Below are positions 13,820-25,352 of a stretch of 64,000 nucleotides of DNA, in pieces. The notes under the pieces were generated by a model. It ran no database searches, was not told the origin of the DNA, and saw nothing but the letters and a program-made list of their open reading frames with translations. Position numbers and translations under genes: made by a program. The stretch's first letter is position 1, and every line of letters begins with the position of its first letter. Origin of the DNA: Vicugna vicugna (taxonomy: Eukaryota); NCBI GenBank assembly GCA_013265495.1, contig MU061578.1, forward strand, positions 4,909,308 through 4,973,307, read 5' to 3'.

Positions 13820-15005
13820 TACATTTTAAAAATTGAGATATCATTCATGTAAAATTTGCCCTTTTAAAGTATGCAATTCATTGGGTTTTGGTGTATTTGC
13901 AATGTTGTGCAACTGTCACCACTATCTAGTTCTAGAGCATTTTCGTCACCAGAAAAAAAGAAATACTGTATCTGGCTTTCTTTAAATACGTTTTTATTGA
14001 AGTATAGTCAGTTTTCAATGTTGTGTCAGTTTCTGGTGTACAGCACAATAACTCAGTCATACGTGAACATACATATATTCATTTTCATATTCTTTTTAAC
14101 CATAAGATACTATAAGATATTGAATATAGTTCCCTGTGCTATACAGTATAAACTTGCTGTTTATCTATTTTATATATAGTAGTTAGTACCTGCAAATCTC
14201 AAACTCCCAATTTATCACTTCCCACCCCCTTCCCTCCTGGGTAACCATAAGTTTGTTTTCTGTGTCTGTGAGTCTGTTTCTGTTTTGTAAATAAGTTTGT
14301 CTTTTTTTTTTTTTAGATTCCACATATAAGTGATATCATATGGTATTTTTCTTTCTCTTTCTGGCTTACTTCACTTAGAATGATATTGTCCAGGTCCATC
14401 CATGTTGCTGCAAATGGCATTATTTTTTTATGGCTGAGTAGTATTTCTGTCTGTTAATGGTCATTCCCCATTCCCTTTTCCCCCAAGTCCCCAACAACCA
14501 AAAATCTACTTTCTGTGTGGATTTTCCTGTTCTGGACATTTCATGTATATGGATGGAAACATCACCATGTGACCTTTTGTATCTAGCTTCTTTTACTTAC
14601 AATAATGTTTTCTAGGTTCATCCAGGTTATGATGTGCATCAGTACTTCATTCCTTTTTATGGCTGAATAATATTCTGTTGTAAGGGATAGGCTACAATTT
14701 GTTTATCCATTCATCAGTAGATGGGCATTTGGATTGTTTCTACATTTTGGCTCTTATGAATAATGCTGCTATGAGCATTCATGTACAAGTTTTTGTGTGA
14801 ACATGTTTTTGGTTCTCTTAGGTGTATACCTAGGAGTGTATTTGCTGCATCGTATGATGACTCTGTTTAGCTTTTTGAAGAACCACCTAACTATTCTCCG
14901 CCATGGCTGCACCATTTTACATTTTACCAGCAATGCATGAGGCTTCCAACTTGTCCACATCCTTTCCAATGCCTTTTTAAATTAGTTATTTTCTTAAATT
15001 GTGGT

Positions 15006-15045
<40 letters not shown>

Positions 15046-15600
15046 ATCATTTTAACCATTTTAATTGTACAGCTCAGGGGCATTAAGTACTTTCACACTG
15101 TTGTGCAACCATCCCAACCATCTTTCCCAGAACTGCTTTCATCTTATAAAACTGAAACCCTGAGCCCATGAAGCACTAACTCCCCATCTCTCTGCCCGAG
15201 CCCCAGCGACCACCCCACTCTCTGTCTCTGTGGTTTGACTACTCTGTATGAAACGTTTTAATTCCTTCCTCGTTTCCTTTTGGGTATGTCCCATAGCTAT
15301 TTTCTTTGTGGTTACCATGGGAATTACATTTATCATCCTAAAGTTATAACATTCTAATTTGAATTTATACCAGCTTAACTTCAGTAACATATAAGAACTG
15401 CTCCTACACAGCCCCATCCCCACTCCCTCTCAGTTACTGATATCACAATACCTCTTTAGGTATTGTGTGTCCAGAAACATAGATGAAGAATAGTTTTTTA
15501 TGCATTAGTTTCTTAAATCATATGAAAAACAAAAAGTGGGATTATAAACCAAAGGTACAACAATACTAGCTGTTAGAATTGTCCCTGTATTTACGTTTGT
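13820..15600 (-). mobile_element. Nested L1 3'-end fragments, including a younger L1 3' end at about 13990-14445
   Basis: tttattgaagtatagtcag...ttagattccacatataagtgatatcatatggtattt...ccatccatgttgctgcaaatggc, flanked by older L1M-type 3' sequence. The minus ORF 14769-14969 is L1 ORF2-like. Confidence 0.85.
15009..15041. repeat. (TA)n microsatellite
   Basis: About 16 TA units seen directly. Confidence 0.95.
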
Positions 15601-17297
15601 CAGAGTTCTGTATTATTTTGATCTGTAAGTCCTGATATGGCCAATGTCTGTTATATATTAGTAAATGAAGCAAACGAATTGGAGAAGATAATGCATAGTA
15701 TCATTCCTCTTGTATTTTGAAAGATTATATCTAGAAAGTATAACAGGATTATGTACAGAATTGTAACAATAGTTTTGGGGAGAGAAGATGTGCCTTGACT
15801 TTCTGCCTCATACATGTCTTTTTTTTTCCAGTGAGTATGTATTTATTGTATAATTTTGAAATACGTGTGTTTAAAAGACAATTTTAGGCAAATCAGATTA
15901 AAAAGACGAGAACACAGGCTGCTGGGTGTTTTTACAGGAGTGATCAGTTGAAGTTGCAGGGTGATTAATGGTTAATAGAAGAAATGTATAAATATTTTGT
16001 ATTTCAAATAACTGTCATATGGACAGGGAGAATTCTTTTACTTTACTGCATTATTTTTGCAGAACATTGGTTTTAGCGAGGAAAATGGAATATTATGTTT
16101 CCCATCTGCTGGAATGTGGTAATAGCATTGATGAAAATAATGCTTCTTTTAAATGGTATTTGTTATAATAGGAACTTACCTGCTATATGTAAAAGGTGAG
16201 GAAAGGCTTGGAAAATCACCTAAAGCTTGATAACATCTGTTCACCCCATTTTAGCAGAACGATATGTGGTCCAAAAGAACATCTATGCATGGGAGTCTCT
16301 GGGGATAGGGAAGTATCTGACAGCCCTTGGCATCTCAGGACCTGAGTACCTCATCCTGCTTTTCCTCATTGAAACCAATGTCTTGTCGAAACTGAAAGCC
16401 AGGTTTCCTGACTGGTAAATGGGTCAAAGTTTAAGTCTCTAAGGACAGGTCAAGGGGCTCCTCCATGGCTTCCTTCCTCCAGTCTGCATGGCCTCGATTC
16501 TCAGCATCTGATGGAGCCTGGAGACCATTTAATCCACCCTCAGGGTAGAGAGGTGACGGCCATCCCCTGGACCCACAGGGGCCTGATGGGTGAAGGAGGA
16601 AGAGTCTTGGCTTTGACCCAATTGACCTTGGCGAGCCAAGTAGAAAAAAGGCCCTGGATTTCCTAAAACTAGTCACCTTGGGACATCTCTTTCCCTCAGT
16701 CATTCAGGAGCCAGATAGGAGAAAGATCGGTTCTGTCAGCTCTTGGCTTGAATATATTCCAGAGTTGAAGCGCCCTGCTGCCAACCAAGGAAATTCTGTA
16801 GAAAGTGGGATTTGTTCTATCTTGACATCTCCAGGGTTCAAGTCTTTTAATTTACCGTAAGAGCCAATGCCACGTCAAGTTTCCTTGTCACCGTCATGTC
16901 AACATGCGTTCAGTCTTGACCGTGGCTGCCCCTGAGAAAGGGTGGTGGTGTGCATATGGGAACTGAGCGCAGCTGGGACACCTTCCCAGGGAGGACCCAG
17001 TCCCTGTGGTCCCCTCAATCTCTACCTCCTGCCCTCATGAAACCACTAACACCTACCATCCTTGTCTTGGGAAACCAAGTAGTTTGGCACAGGGCAGTGT
17101 CCATGCCTGGGGAAGAGGAGGCGGAGATGATCAAAACTCATTTGGAAAACTTGCATAAGAAAAACCCACTGGTCCTTAAAGAAGTGTCTAAGGTAAGTCT
17201 GATATGGCTTAAAAAGCAAAGACCATTACTCTTGGGGGCCCTTTGCATAAGGAACCAGCCATCAAGGTCTCCAGGAGCCACCCACTGGCTTGAACTA

Positions 17298-17769
17298 TAG
17301 TAGTACCCCCTATCAGCAGGTTCGCTGTCTGAGGTTTGTTACCTGCAGCCAGCTGTGATCCAAAAATATTAAATGGAAAATTCCAGAAATATGAATTCAC
17401 AAGTTTTAAATTCTGTGCTGTTCTGAATGTGATGAAATCATAAGCTGTTCTACTCCTTCCCTTTGTCCAGCTTATCCGTCCTTTAGTCATTTAATTGTCA
17501 GCTCAGTTATCCGATCAACCATTGCAGTATCACAGTGCTTGTGTTCTAGTAATCCTTATTTTATTTAATAAGACCCCAAAGCCCAAAAGTAGTGATGCTG
17601 GAAATTCGGATATTCTCTTACTGTACCTAATTTATAAATTAAACTTTCTCATAGGAGTGTACATATTGGGAAAAAAACATAGTATATGTAGGGTCTGGTG
17701 CAGTCTGTGGTTTCAGGCACCCACTGGGGGTCTTTGACCATATGCCCTGCAGATGAGAGGGGACTACTG
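17298..17769. mobile_element. MER44/Tigger7-type DNA transposon
   Basis: Terminal inverted repeats tagtagtaccccctatc and gatgagaggggactactg flanked by TA dinucleotides; internal aaaaatattaaatggaaaattccagaaat. Confidence 0.8.
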
Positions 17770-20429
17770 TACTGACAAAGGATTTGGATGAGTTTTGGTG
17801 GAGACAGACTTGGAGAGTTTGTGAATGAATCCACTGTAATTTCCTCTGTGAATGAATCACATCGTTCCTCTGTGAATGAACCATTTGTGTGCCCAGAGAC
17901 TGAAGTTATCACCTCAGCCTCCCCCATTGTCTCTTCTAGGGCACTCTGTCAGACAGGAAGGCCTGGGAAGGAAGGCACACCAGAGCCACAAACCCCAAGA
18001 AGCCTTGATGGTTGAATATGGTTGACTCTATCCTAGATCTAGAAGACAGTTTGTGGAGGAGCCAAGGTAGGGGACTAGGTTCCAAAACCTCAAACCAAGT
18101 CTGGTTAGTCTCCCTGAGAGTCCCAGCGGGAACTGTATTCAGAGATATCCAGGAACTTTATATAGATCCACAAATAAACACATGGAGAGAGAGTAGTTTC
18201 CCTCTAGCTACTAGTGGTTAAAAACAACAACAACTCAGGCAACATCAAAGAGATTTTCTTTGCTTCAAGGACAGAAGGAAAGAGGCTTATCTTAGAGAAC
18301 TAGGCTCTCAGTTTGCAGGGATGGGAGGAGAGAAACCTCCCCAGCCCTGCTGGGAGCAGCAGCCGGGAGGAGAAGGCAAAGTCAAGCCTGGGTACCCTGC
18401 GCCCCTAGGCCCTGAGGTCGGCTCAACCTGCCCCAGAGCTGGTGTGTGGCAGGCACAAGGTAGCTCCAGACTGCTGACTCCAGGCCTCCTCACTGTATGT
18501 CTTCTGTCTTGGGTATCTCAGGTCTATGCCAACAAGGTGCCTTCATTGGCTGTGGACAAGATATCCTTCACTGTTCAAGCAGAGGAATGCTTTGGCCTTC
18601 TTGGCTTCAGTGGAGCTGGGAAAGCTTCCATTTTCAAAATGCTCACTGGGGAAGAGCCTATCACCTCTGGGGACGCCTTTGTCAAGGGCCTCAGCATCCG
18701 CTCTCACTTGGGGAAGGTAAGGTGTGACCTGTTTGTTACAAGAGAGGCACAAACCTGGGGAAGGTGTGTGTGTTTCAGGAAGAGGGGGACACTGAAATAC
18801 ACCTAGGGGTGTTACAGAGGGTTGGGGCACGGCAATTGGAATGAAATTGATCTTTGAAAATTCCAGGTATCAGATTTTTCTGTGCCTCCCAAATCCATAG
18901 CTCCATACTAGACCTCTTCCCTGCGCTCCAGATCATATATTGAGCTGCTTACTCAACATTGCCTCTGGAATGTCCCTGAAGCGCAAGGCACCTGAAACCC
19001 AATGGACCCCAAAAGCCATTAGCTATCTCCATACACCCCCAACCTCTTCCTCCCTCTGTGCTTCCTGGGGGAGTGAGGGGCACACACCTACCGCTGTACA
19101 AGGCATCACCCAAAACAGCTAGTTGGCATCCATAGTCCATGGATGCTTCCTCCCAAATAGGCCTGGAATCTGTTCTCCCTGGCGCTGTTCATGGCACTCA
19201 CCTGAGTTGAGGCCACTCCTAACTTTCAGTCTTATCTTCCTTGCCATCTCTGCAGCATTTCATGATGTAGACCTTTCTCTCCTTCAAATTCAAGCCTTCC
19301 TCTGTTTATTTCTACAACTCCCCTCTGTTCTGGCTCTTCTCCATCACTAGCACGTCTTTCCTAGACTCCCTTGGTAGATCTTCCTCATCTAGCCCACGAG
19401 GCTGTGGTGTTCCTCAGGCTGCAACATCAGCCCACTGTCTTCCCCATTCTGCACACACTGTCCCCACCTGATCTCAGCTGTTACTCTGACTCCCGTTATC
19501 TTCTGTTTGCTGATGTCTTCCAAGTAGCCACATCCTCAGCCCAACCCCAGCCCTGTGTTTCAGACCTGCATATACATGCCTTCTAGACAGCCATACTCAG
19601 GCATCTCCCATGTTAAACTCAAACTTATTATGTATCCCTCAAACCTGACCTTCTTCTTGGAGTCTACTTCAATTTTTGGCACCAATCAATGAAATAATTT
19701 TTGAATGCCTAGTATATGCCAATAGTCATGCTAGGCCCAGTGATTCTTACTTGCCAGGAACTCATGATCATGTGAACAAGCTGTTGCCATGCCATGAGGT
19801 AAGTGTAATAACGGACGTGGTGGTCAGTATACAGTGGATTCAATGATAGGCGTATGAAGAGACCAAACTACAGAGGCATAATCAAAGCTGCACTGTTCAC
19901 AGCATGAACCATGCTAGTGCCAAGAAGTTTATCAAACCAGCTTTAATGTCCATGAGCAAAACAAAGTTTAAGTCTCTCATGGCCATGAAATATTTACTAT
20001 TAATTTCAAATTTTATATTATTTAAAAAATCACGGGCAAGTCTTTTGGTAATGGCAAGTTAGGTAACTCTAAAGGATTGCATCCCAGGTGTAGGTTTGAG
20101 CTATACTTAGACAAGCTCATGCAAGGATTGCAAAACAGCTTGGACTCTTATCAGTCCCTGAAATGGAAGTGGTGTGACCCTAAACCACCAGTGTTCCCAG
20201 GCACCTGGAAGAAGCAAATGTAAACAGAAGTCTGCTGGAAGATGGCCTCAAATGATTTCTACAAATAATTTGCAAATGTAATTTTGGTACACAATAAAAA
20301 ATAACCAGAAACATGTACATAAAAGACAACTCCCCCCAAAAAATAATTTAGAATGAAGCATCAAGAGTCAAAAGTCAAAAGGGTAGAAAATATATGAAAG
20401 AAAATAAGAGACATTGTGGTATACCATCA

Positions 20430-20950
20430 AGACGGCCCCTAGGAACCCACTCCTGATAATCACACCCTGGAGCAGTCGCATCCCATATTGTACCAAGGCT
20501 GGTCTGTGTGACTGACAGAATACTGTAGAAGAGATGGTATGTCACTCCTGAGATTGGGTTATAAAAGACACTGCAGCTTCTGTCTTGGGTACACTCTCCC
20601 CCTCACATCACTCACTCTGGGGGAAGGTAACGGACATGTCATGAAGACACGCAGGCAGCCCTGTGGATTATTAAAGAAAATAGTCAATGTGACAGAAGGT
20701 GGGGGTGTGCGGTAAGGAACAGTCAATGAGTACCTGAAGCCTGCCAGCAACTATGTGCATGAGCTTGAGAGCAGATCCTCCAGCCTTCAAATGACTTCAG
20801 GCCCAGCTGAGAGGTTAAGAGCGACCTCATGAGAGACCCTGGACAGAGACACCAAGTTAAGCTGCTCCCAGATTCCTGATGTGACCCACGGAAACCGTAA
20901 GACAATAAATTACAGCTAAGTTGTGAACTAATTTGTCATGTAACAATATA
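20430..20950. mobile_element. MLT1-type MaLR LTR
   Basis: gatggtatgtcactcctgagattgggttataaaagacactgcagcttc...gctcccagattcctga...aataaat. Confidence 0.7.
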
Positions 20951-20954
20951 TAAC

Positions 20955-21900
20955 TCATTGGATACAGTGAGAAGATTTAATATTCTGTATAACTGAAGTC
21001 ACAGAAGGACAGGATACAGATATGAGGCAAAGCAATAATTGAAAAATGAATGACCGTAACTTTCCAAAATTTATGAAAAACATCAAATTATAAATAAATA
21101 AAGCCCTGTTAACCCTAGGCAGGATAAATTGAAAGAAATAAATCCTTAGGAATATTACAGTAAAAACTTCTGAAAAATAAACACAAAAAGAAAACCTTAA
21201 AAGGACCCACCTCTGAAGGAGCAGCAGTTAGACTGGCAGCTGACTTTTGAACAGAAATAAAAGAGGCCAAAAGATAACAGAACAGCACATCATAAGTGAT
21301 ATGAGGATAATGTATCCAGTAAAACTATACTGCAAAAAGAAGATATAAAAAGCACATGTTCAGATAAGCAAAAACTGAGAGAATTTATTACCAGCAGATG
21401 TGCACAAAAATAAATAATAGAGGGTGGTTTTGGGGCAGAAAGAAAATGACCCCTGATGGAAAAGGTCAGAGGTACAAAAAAAGGTGAAGAGCAACAGAAA
21501 ATGTCAATGTGAGAGTTGTGACTAAACGAAGCTATAATAATAAAGTCTTGTGATGTTGAAAATTCATATAAAATTAAAATACAGGACAGTAATGGTTGTA
21601 AGTCAGGAGAGGGTAAATGAAGTTGAGTATTTTAAGGTCCTCACCTCACTCATGAAGAAAGTATAAGTTCCAGGTAATAACTGTATGTTGCTAAATCAAG
21701 GATGCATGTTTCAGTCTCTAACAGAAAAACCAAAAGAGTTGGAGGTGGGAATGGGGATGTATATACCTTTTAAGCCAATAGAGGGAGACAACAGAAAAAT
21801 GAAAAAAAAAAATCAATGTGACAGAAGACAAGAAGTGAGAGAGAAAAAGGAACATAGAACTTATGGGACAAATAGATGGCCCTAATAAGGTGGTAGATTT
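20955..21900 (+). mobile_element. Old L1 ORF1-region fragment
   Basis: A-rich, with aaaactgagagaatttattaccagcaga and similar L1 ORF1 motifs. Confidence 0.6.
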
Positions 21901-21901
21901 A

Positions 21902-22002
21902 AGGGGAGAGGCTATAGCTCAAGTGCTAGAGCACATGCCTAGTATGCACAAGGTCCTGGGTTCAATCTCCAGTACCTCCTCTAAACATAAATAAATAAAT
22001 AA
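21902..22002 (+). mobile_element. tRNA-derived SINE (camelid Vic-1-like)
   Basis: ggggagaggctatagctcaagtgctagagcacatgcctagtatgcacaaggtcctgggttcaatctccagtacctcc plus a (taaa)n tail; flanking duplicate ggtggtagatttaa / gatggtagatttaa. Confidence 0.8.
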
Positions 22003-22129
22003 ACCTAATTATCTCCTTCAAATTTAAAAAAAAAAGATGGTAGATTTAAATCCAAGTAAATCAGTAATTACATTATATATGAGTGGACTAAAGACTCCAA
22101 TTTAAAGATTAAGATTATTAGAGAAGATG

Positions 22130-22720
22130 TTCAAAATGGTATTACCATATGACCCAGCAATTTCACACCTAGGTGTACACCCAAGAGAACTGAAAATCCA
22201 CACTCAATGAAAAAATTTGTACATGAATGTTCATAGCAGCATTTTTCACAATAGCCAAAAGGTGGAAACAACCCGAATGTCCAGCAACAGATGAAAGACT
22301 AAACAAAATGTAATCTATTCATACAACAGAATACTATTCAACCATAAAAAGGAATGAAGCACTGACACACGTGACAATATGAATGGACCATAAATACATG
22401 ATGCTAAGTGAAAGAAGCCAGGCACAAAAGGCCACATTTTGTATGATTCTGTTTATATGAAATATCCAGAACAGGCAAATCTATTGACGTAAGTAGACTA
22501 GTGGTTGCCAGGAGCTGGAAGTATTGGGGGAAGTGGGGATTTAGATATGGTTATGAGGTTTCTTTGGTGGGGAATGATGAAACATTCTACAATTGATTGT
22601 GATCATGGGCCATCACTGTGAATATGCTAAGAAACCATTGAAGGTGTACACATTTGATGGGTGATTGTGGTAACTGGGTGAATTGTATGGCATGAGAATT
22701 ATATCTCAATAAGCTGTTAT
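22130..22720 (+). mobile_element. L1MB-like 3' end
   Basis: ttaccatatgacccagcaatttcacacctagg...atgttcatagcagcatt...atatctcaataagctgtt. Confidence 0.8.
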
Positions 22721-24308
22721 AAAAGAGAAGGAAGGAATGAACAAACGAACAAAGGAATTAAAGACAAGGCAGGGCAAGGGAGATGGTCATGGGCAGACCC
22801 TCCCTCTGGCCTGTCTTCAATCATCCATCCAACAGACATTAACTGAAGCTCACAGAGAAGGAAATGTGAACCTACCCCATAAACTCAAATGATAAGCATT
22901 GTTACATTTCTTTGTAGTATTTAAAGTCAAGTGGCATCTGCCTACAAGGCCCTCATCCTGCCTGACTGGCAAGAAATTGGATTTCAGTCTTTCTGAAACT
23001 GGATTTGCACATCACTTCCCGGCAGTTTGTGAAAATTCATAGTTGGAAATACAGAATTTAAATATAGTTAGACCTGCTCCTCTACTTCTCCATTTTCTCC
23101 TTAATTCTCACATGAATTAATCTCATTAGCAAAATCTAACAAAGCTGCATCCTTGCTCTCTTCCTTTGTGAGCCTTCTGCTCACCACCCTTTATCTGTTC
23201 AAGTATTTTTAAGCATTCTTCCGCGTTTCCTAAAATACCTTCTTATCAAAAATCAACAGTGACTTCTGAGAGTCCATACGTACTCCTGTCAGAGTCACTG
23301 CCTCAGAGTCATTCAGCTCCACTGTGGGGTTGTCACTAGTCCATGATGCCACCATGATGCTCTGACCAGTGTTCCTTATCCACCCCAGATGAGCCACCAT
23401 GGCAACAGGCTTACTCCAGACTCAAGTGTGCAAGAAACATCACATTTCTTTATTTTCTTTAAATCAAATTATAACATTTTCAAGACTTCTATCCCAAAAT
23501 TGGTTTAAGAAATAGAAAGCCTATATAGACCAAAACTGGAGGTAAAATTGAAATAATGGTAAAAGATGTACCCTTCTTAAAAGAGTCTAGGCTAAAAGGA
23601 ATTAATGGGCAAGTCTACCAACCTCCACCAAAAAGGTATTTCCTTCTCATACAACCCCTTCAGAAGCATAGGAGACAAGATGAGGTGCTACCCAATTATA
23701 AGTGAAAAGCCAGAAAAGAATAGTGTCCGAAATGAGCCACAGGCCAATTTCACATAGGAACATACGTACCCTAAATAAGCTATTAACAATACAAATTCAG
23801 CAGTATATTAAAAGAATAAAAATTATAATCATTATATTTATTCCAGAAATGTAAGTAAAGTTCAATGGTAGAAAATCCATCAATATAAATCACTACCTTG
23901 ATAGATGAAAGGAGAAAAATATTTATCAATAGAAGCTGAAAAAGCATTTGATAAAAACTCAGTACCCACTCATCATTTAAAAAAATATTTTATCAAACTA
24001 TCTTGAGAAAAAAGAACAAAGCTGGACGTGTCACATTCCCTGACTTCAGACTATACTGTGAAGCTATAGTAATCAAAACAGCATAGCACTGGCACAAAAA
24101 CTGACACATAGGTCAAAGGAACAGAAAAGAAATCCCAGAAATAAACCCATGCACTTATGGTCAGCTAATCTATGACAAAGGAAGCAAGAATATACAGTGG
24201 GGGAAAAGCAGTCTCTTAAATAAGGTCCTGTGAAAACTGGACAGCTGCATGTAAAAGAATGAAATTGGAACATTTTCTCACACCATGTTAAAAAATAAAC
24301 TTAAAATG

Positions 24309-24535
24309 TGATACTGAGTTGACTGTGTTCCTTCCTTTACCACCTCACTGTTCCCCTTCCCTTTCCTAAGGCAATAGTGCACAACTTGGGTTATTTTTGC
24401 TTCAAAAATTTGAACAGAAAATTTCATGTCATGGATTTTTTTTTCTTTTGCAAGGCACCTGTTTATCACCTTGTTCAAAAGTAAATGTTCCTTTAGACTT
24501 TTGAAATAAATTTCCCTTTGTAAAAAACAAAACAA
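24309..24535 (+). pseudogene. 5'-truncated retrocopy of an unidentified mRNA 3' UTR
   Basis: Non-L1 insert with AATAAA at 24505-24510, an A-rich tail from 24522 and a duplicated L1 target (aaaaataaacttaaaatg / aacaaaaacctcaaaatg). Confidence 0.65.
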
Positions 24536-25315
24536 AAACCTCAAAATGGATGAAAAACCTAAAGTAAGACCAGAAACCATAAAACTCCTAGAAAAGAACA
24601 TAGGTCACTATTTGACATAAATCATAGCACTATCTTTTTTGGATCTATCTCCTAAAGCAAGGGAAACAAAAGCAAAAATAAACAAATGGGACCTAATTAA
24701 ACTTCAGACCATTTGCACAGCAAAGGAAACCACTGTCAAAATGTAAAGGCAACCTACTGAATGGGAGAAAAATATTTGCCAGTGATATGACTGCTAAGGG
24801 GTTAATACCAACACGTGTAAACAGATCATATGACTCAGTGTCCAAAAAACCCCAAACAACTCAATTTGAAAATGGGCAGAATAACAATAAACATTTTTCC
24901 AAAGAAGACATGCAGATGGCCAACAGGCAAATGAGAAGATGCACAATCATCAGAGAAATGCAAATCAAAGGCACAACAAGATTATCACCTCACACCTGTC
25001 AGAATGGCTATCATCAAAAAGTCTACAAATAACAAATGTTGGTGAGGATGTGGAGAAAAGGGAACTCTAATACACTGTTGGTGGGAATGTAAATTGGTGG
25101 AACCACTATGGAAAACAGTATGGAGATTCCCCAAACTAAAAACAGAATTACCATATGATCCAGTCATTCCATTTCTGGGTGTTTATCTGAAGAAAACTAA
25201 AGCACTAATTCAAAAAGATACATGCACCCCTATGTTCATAGCAGTATTATTTACTATAGCCAAGATATGGAAGCAACCTGAATGTCCATCAACAGATGAG
25301 TGGATAAATAAGACA

Positions 25316-25352
25316 TTAGATAGATAGGTAGGTAGATAGATAGATAGATAGA
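25316..25352. repeat. (GATA/GGTA)n microsatellite inside L1
   Basis: tagatagataggtaggtagatagatagatagataga seen directly. Confidence 0.9.

Noticed and set aside
17818..17882. Three copies of tgtgaatgaa with short spacers, superficially CRISPR-like
   Set aside because: Short degenerate tandem repeat in a mammalian intron, with no cas genes or proper repeat-spacer structure.
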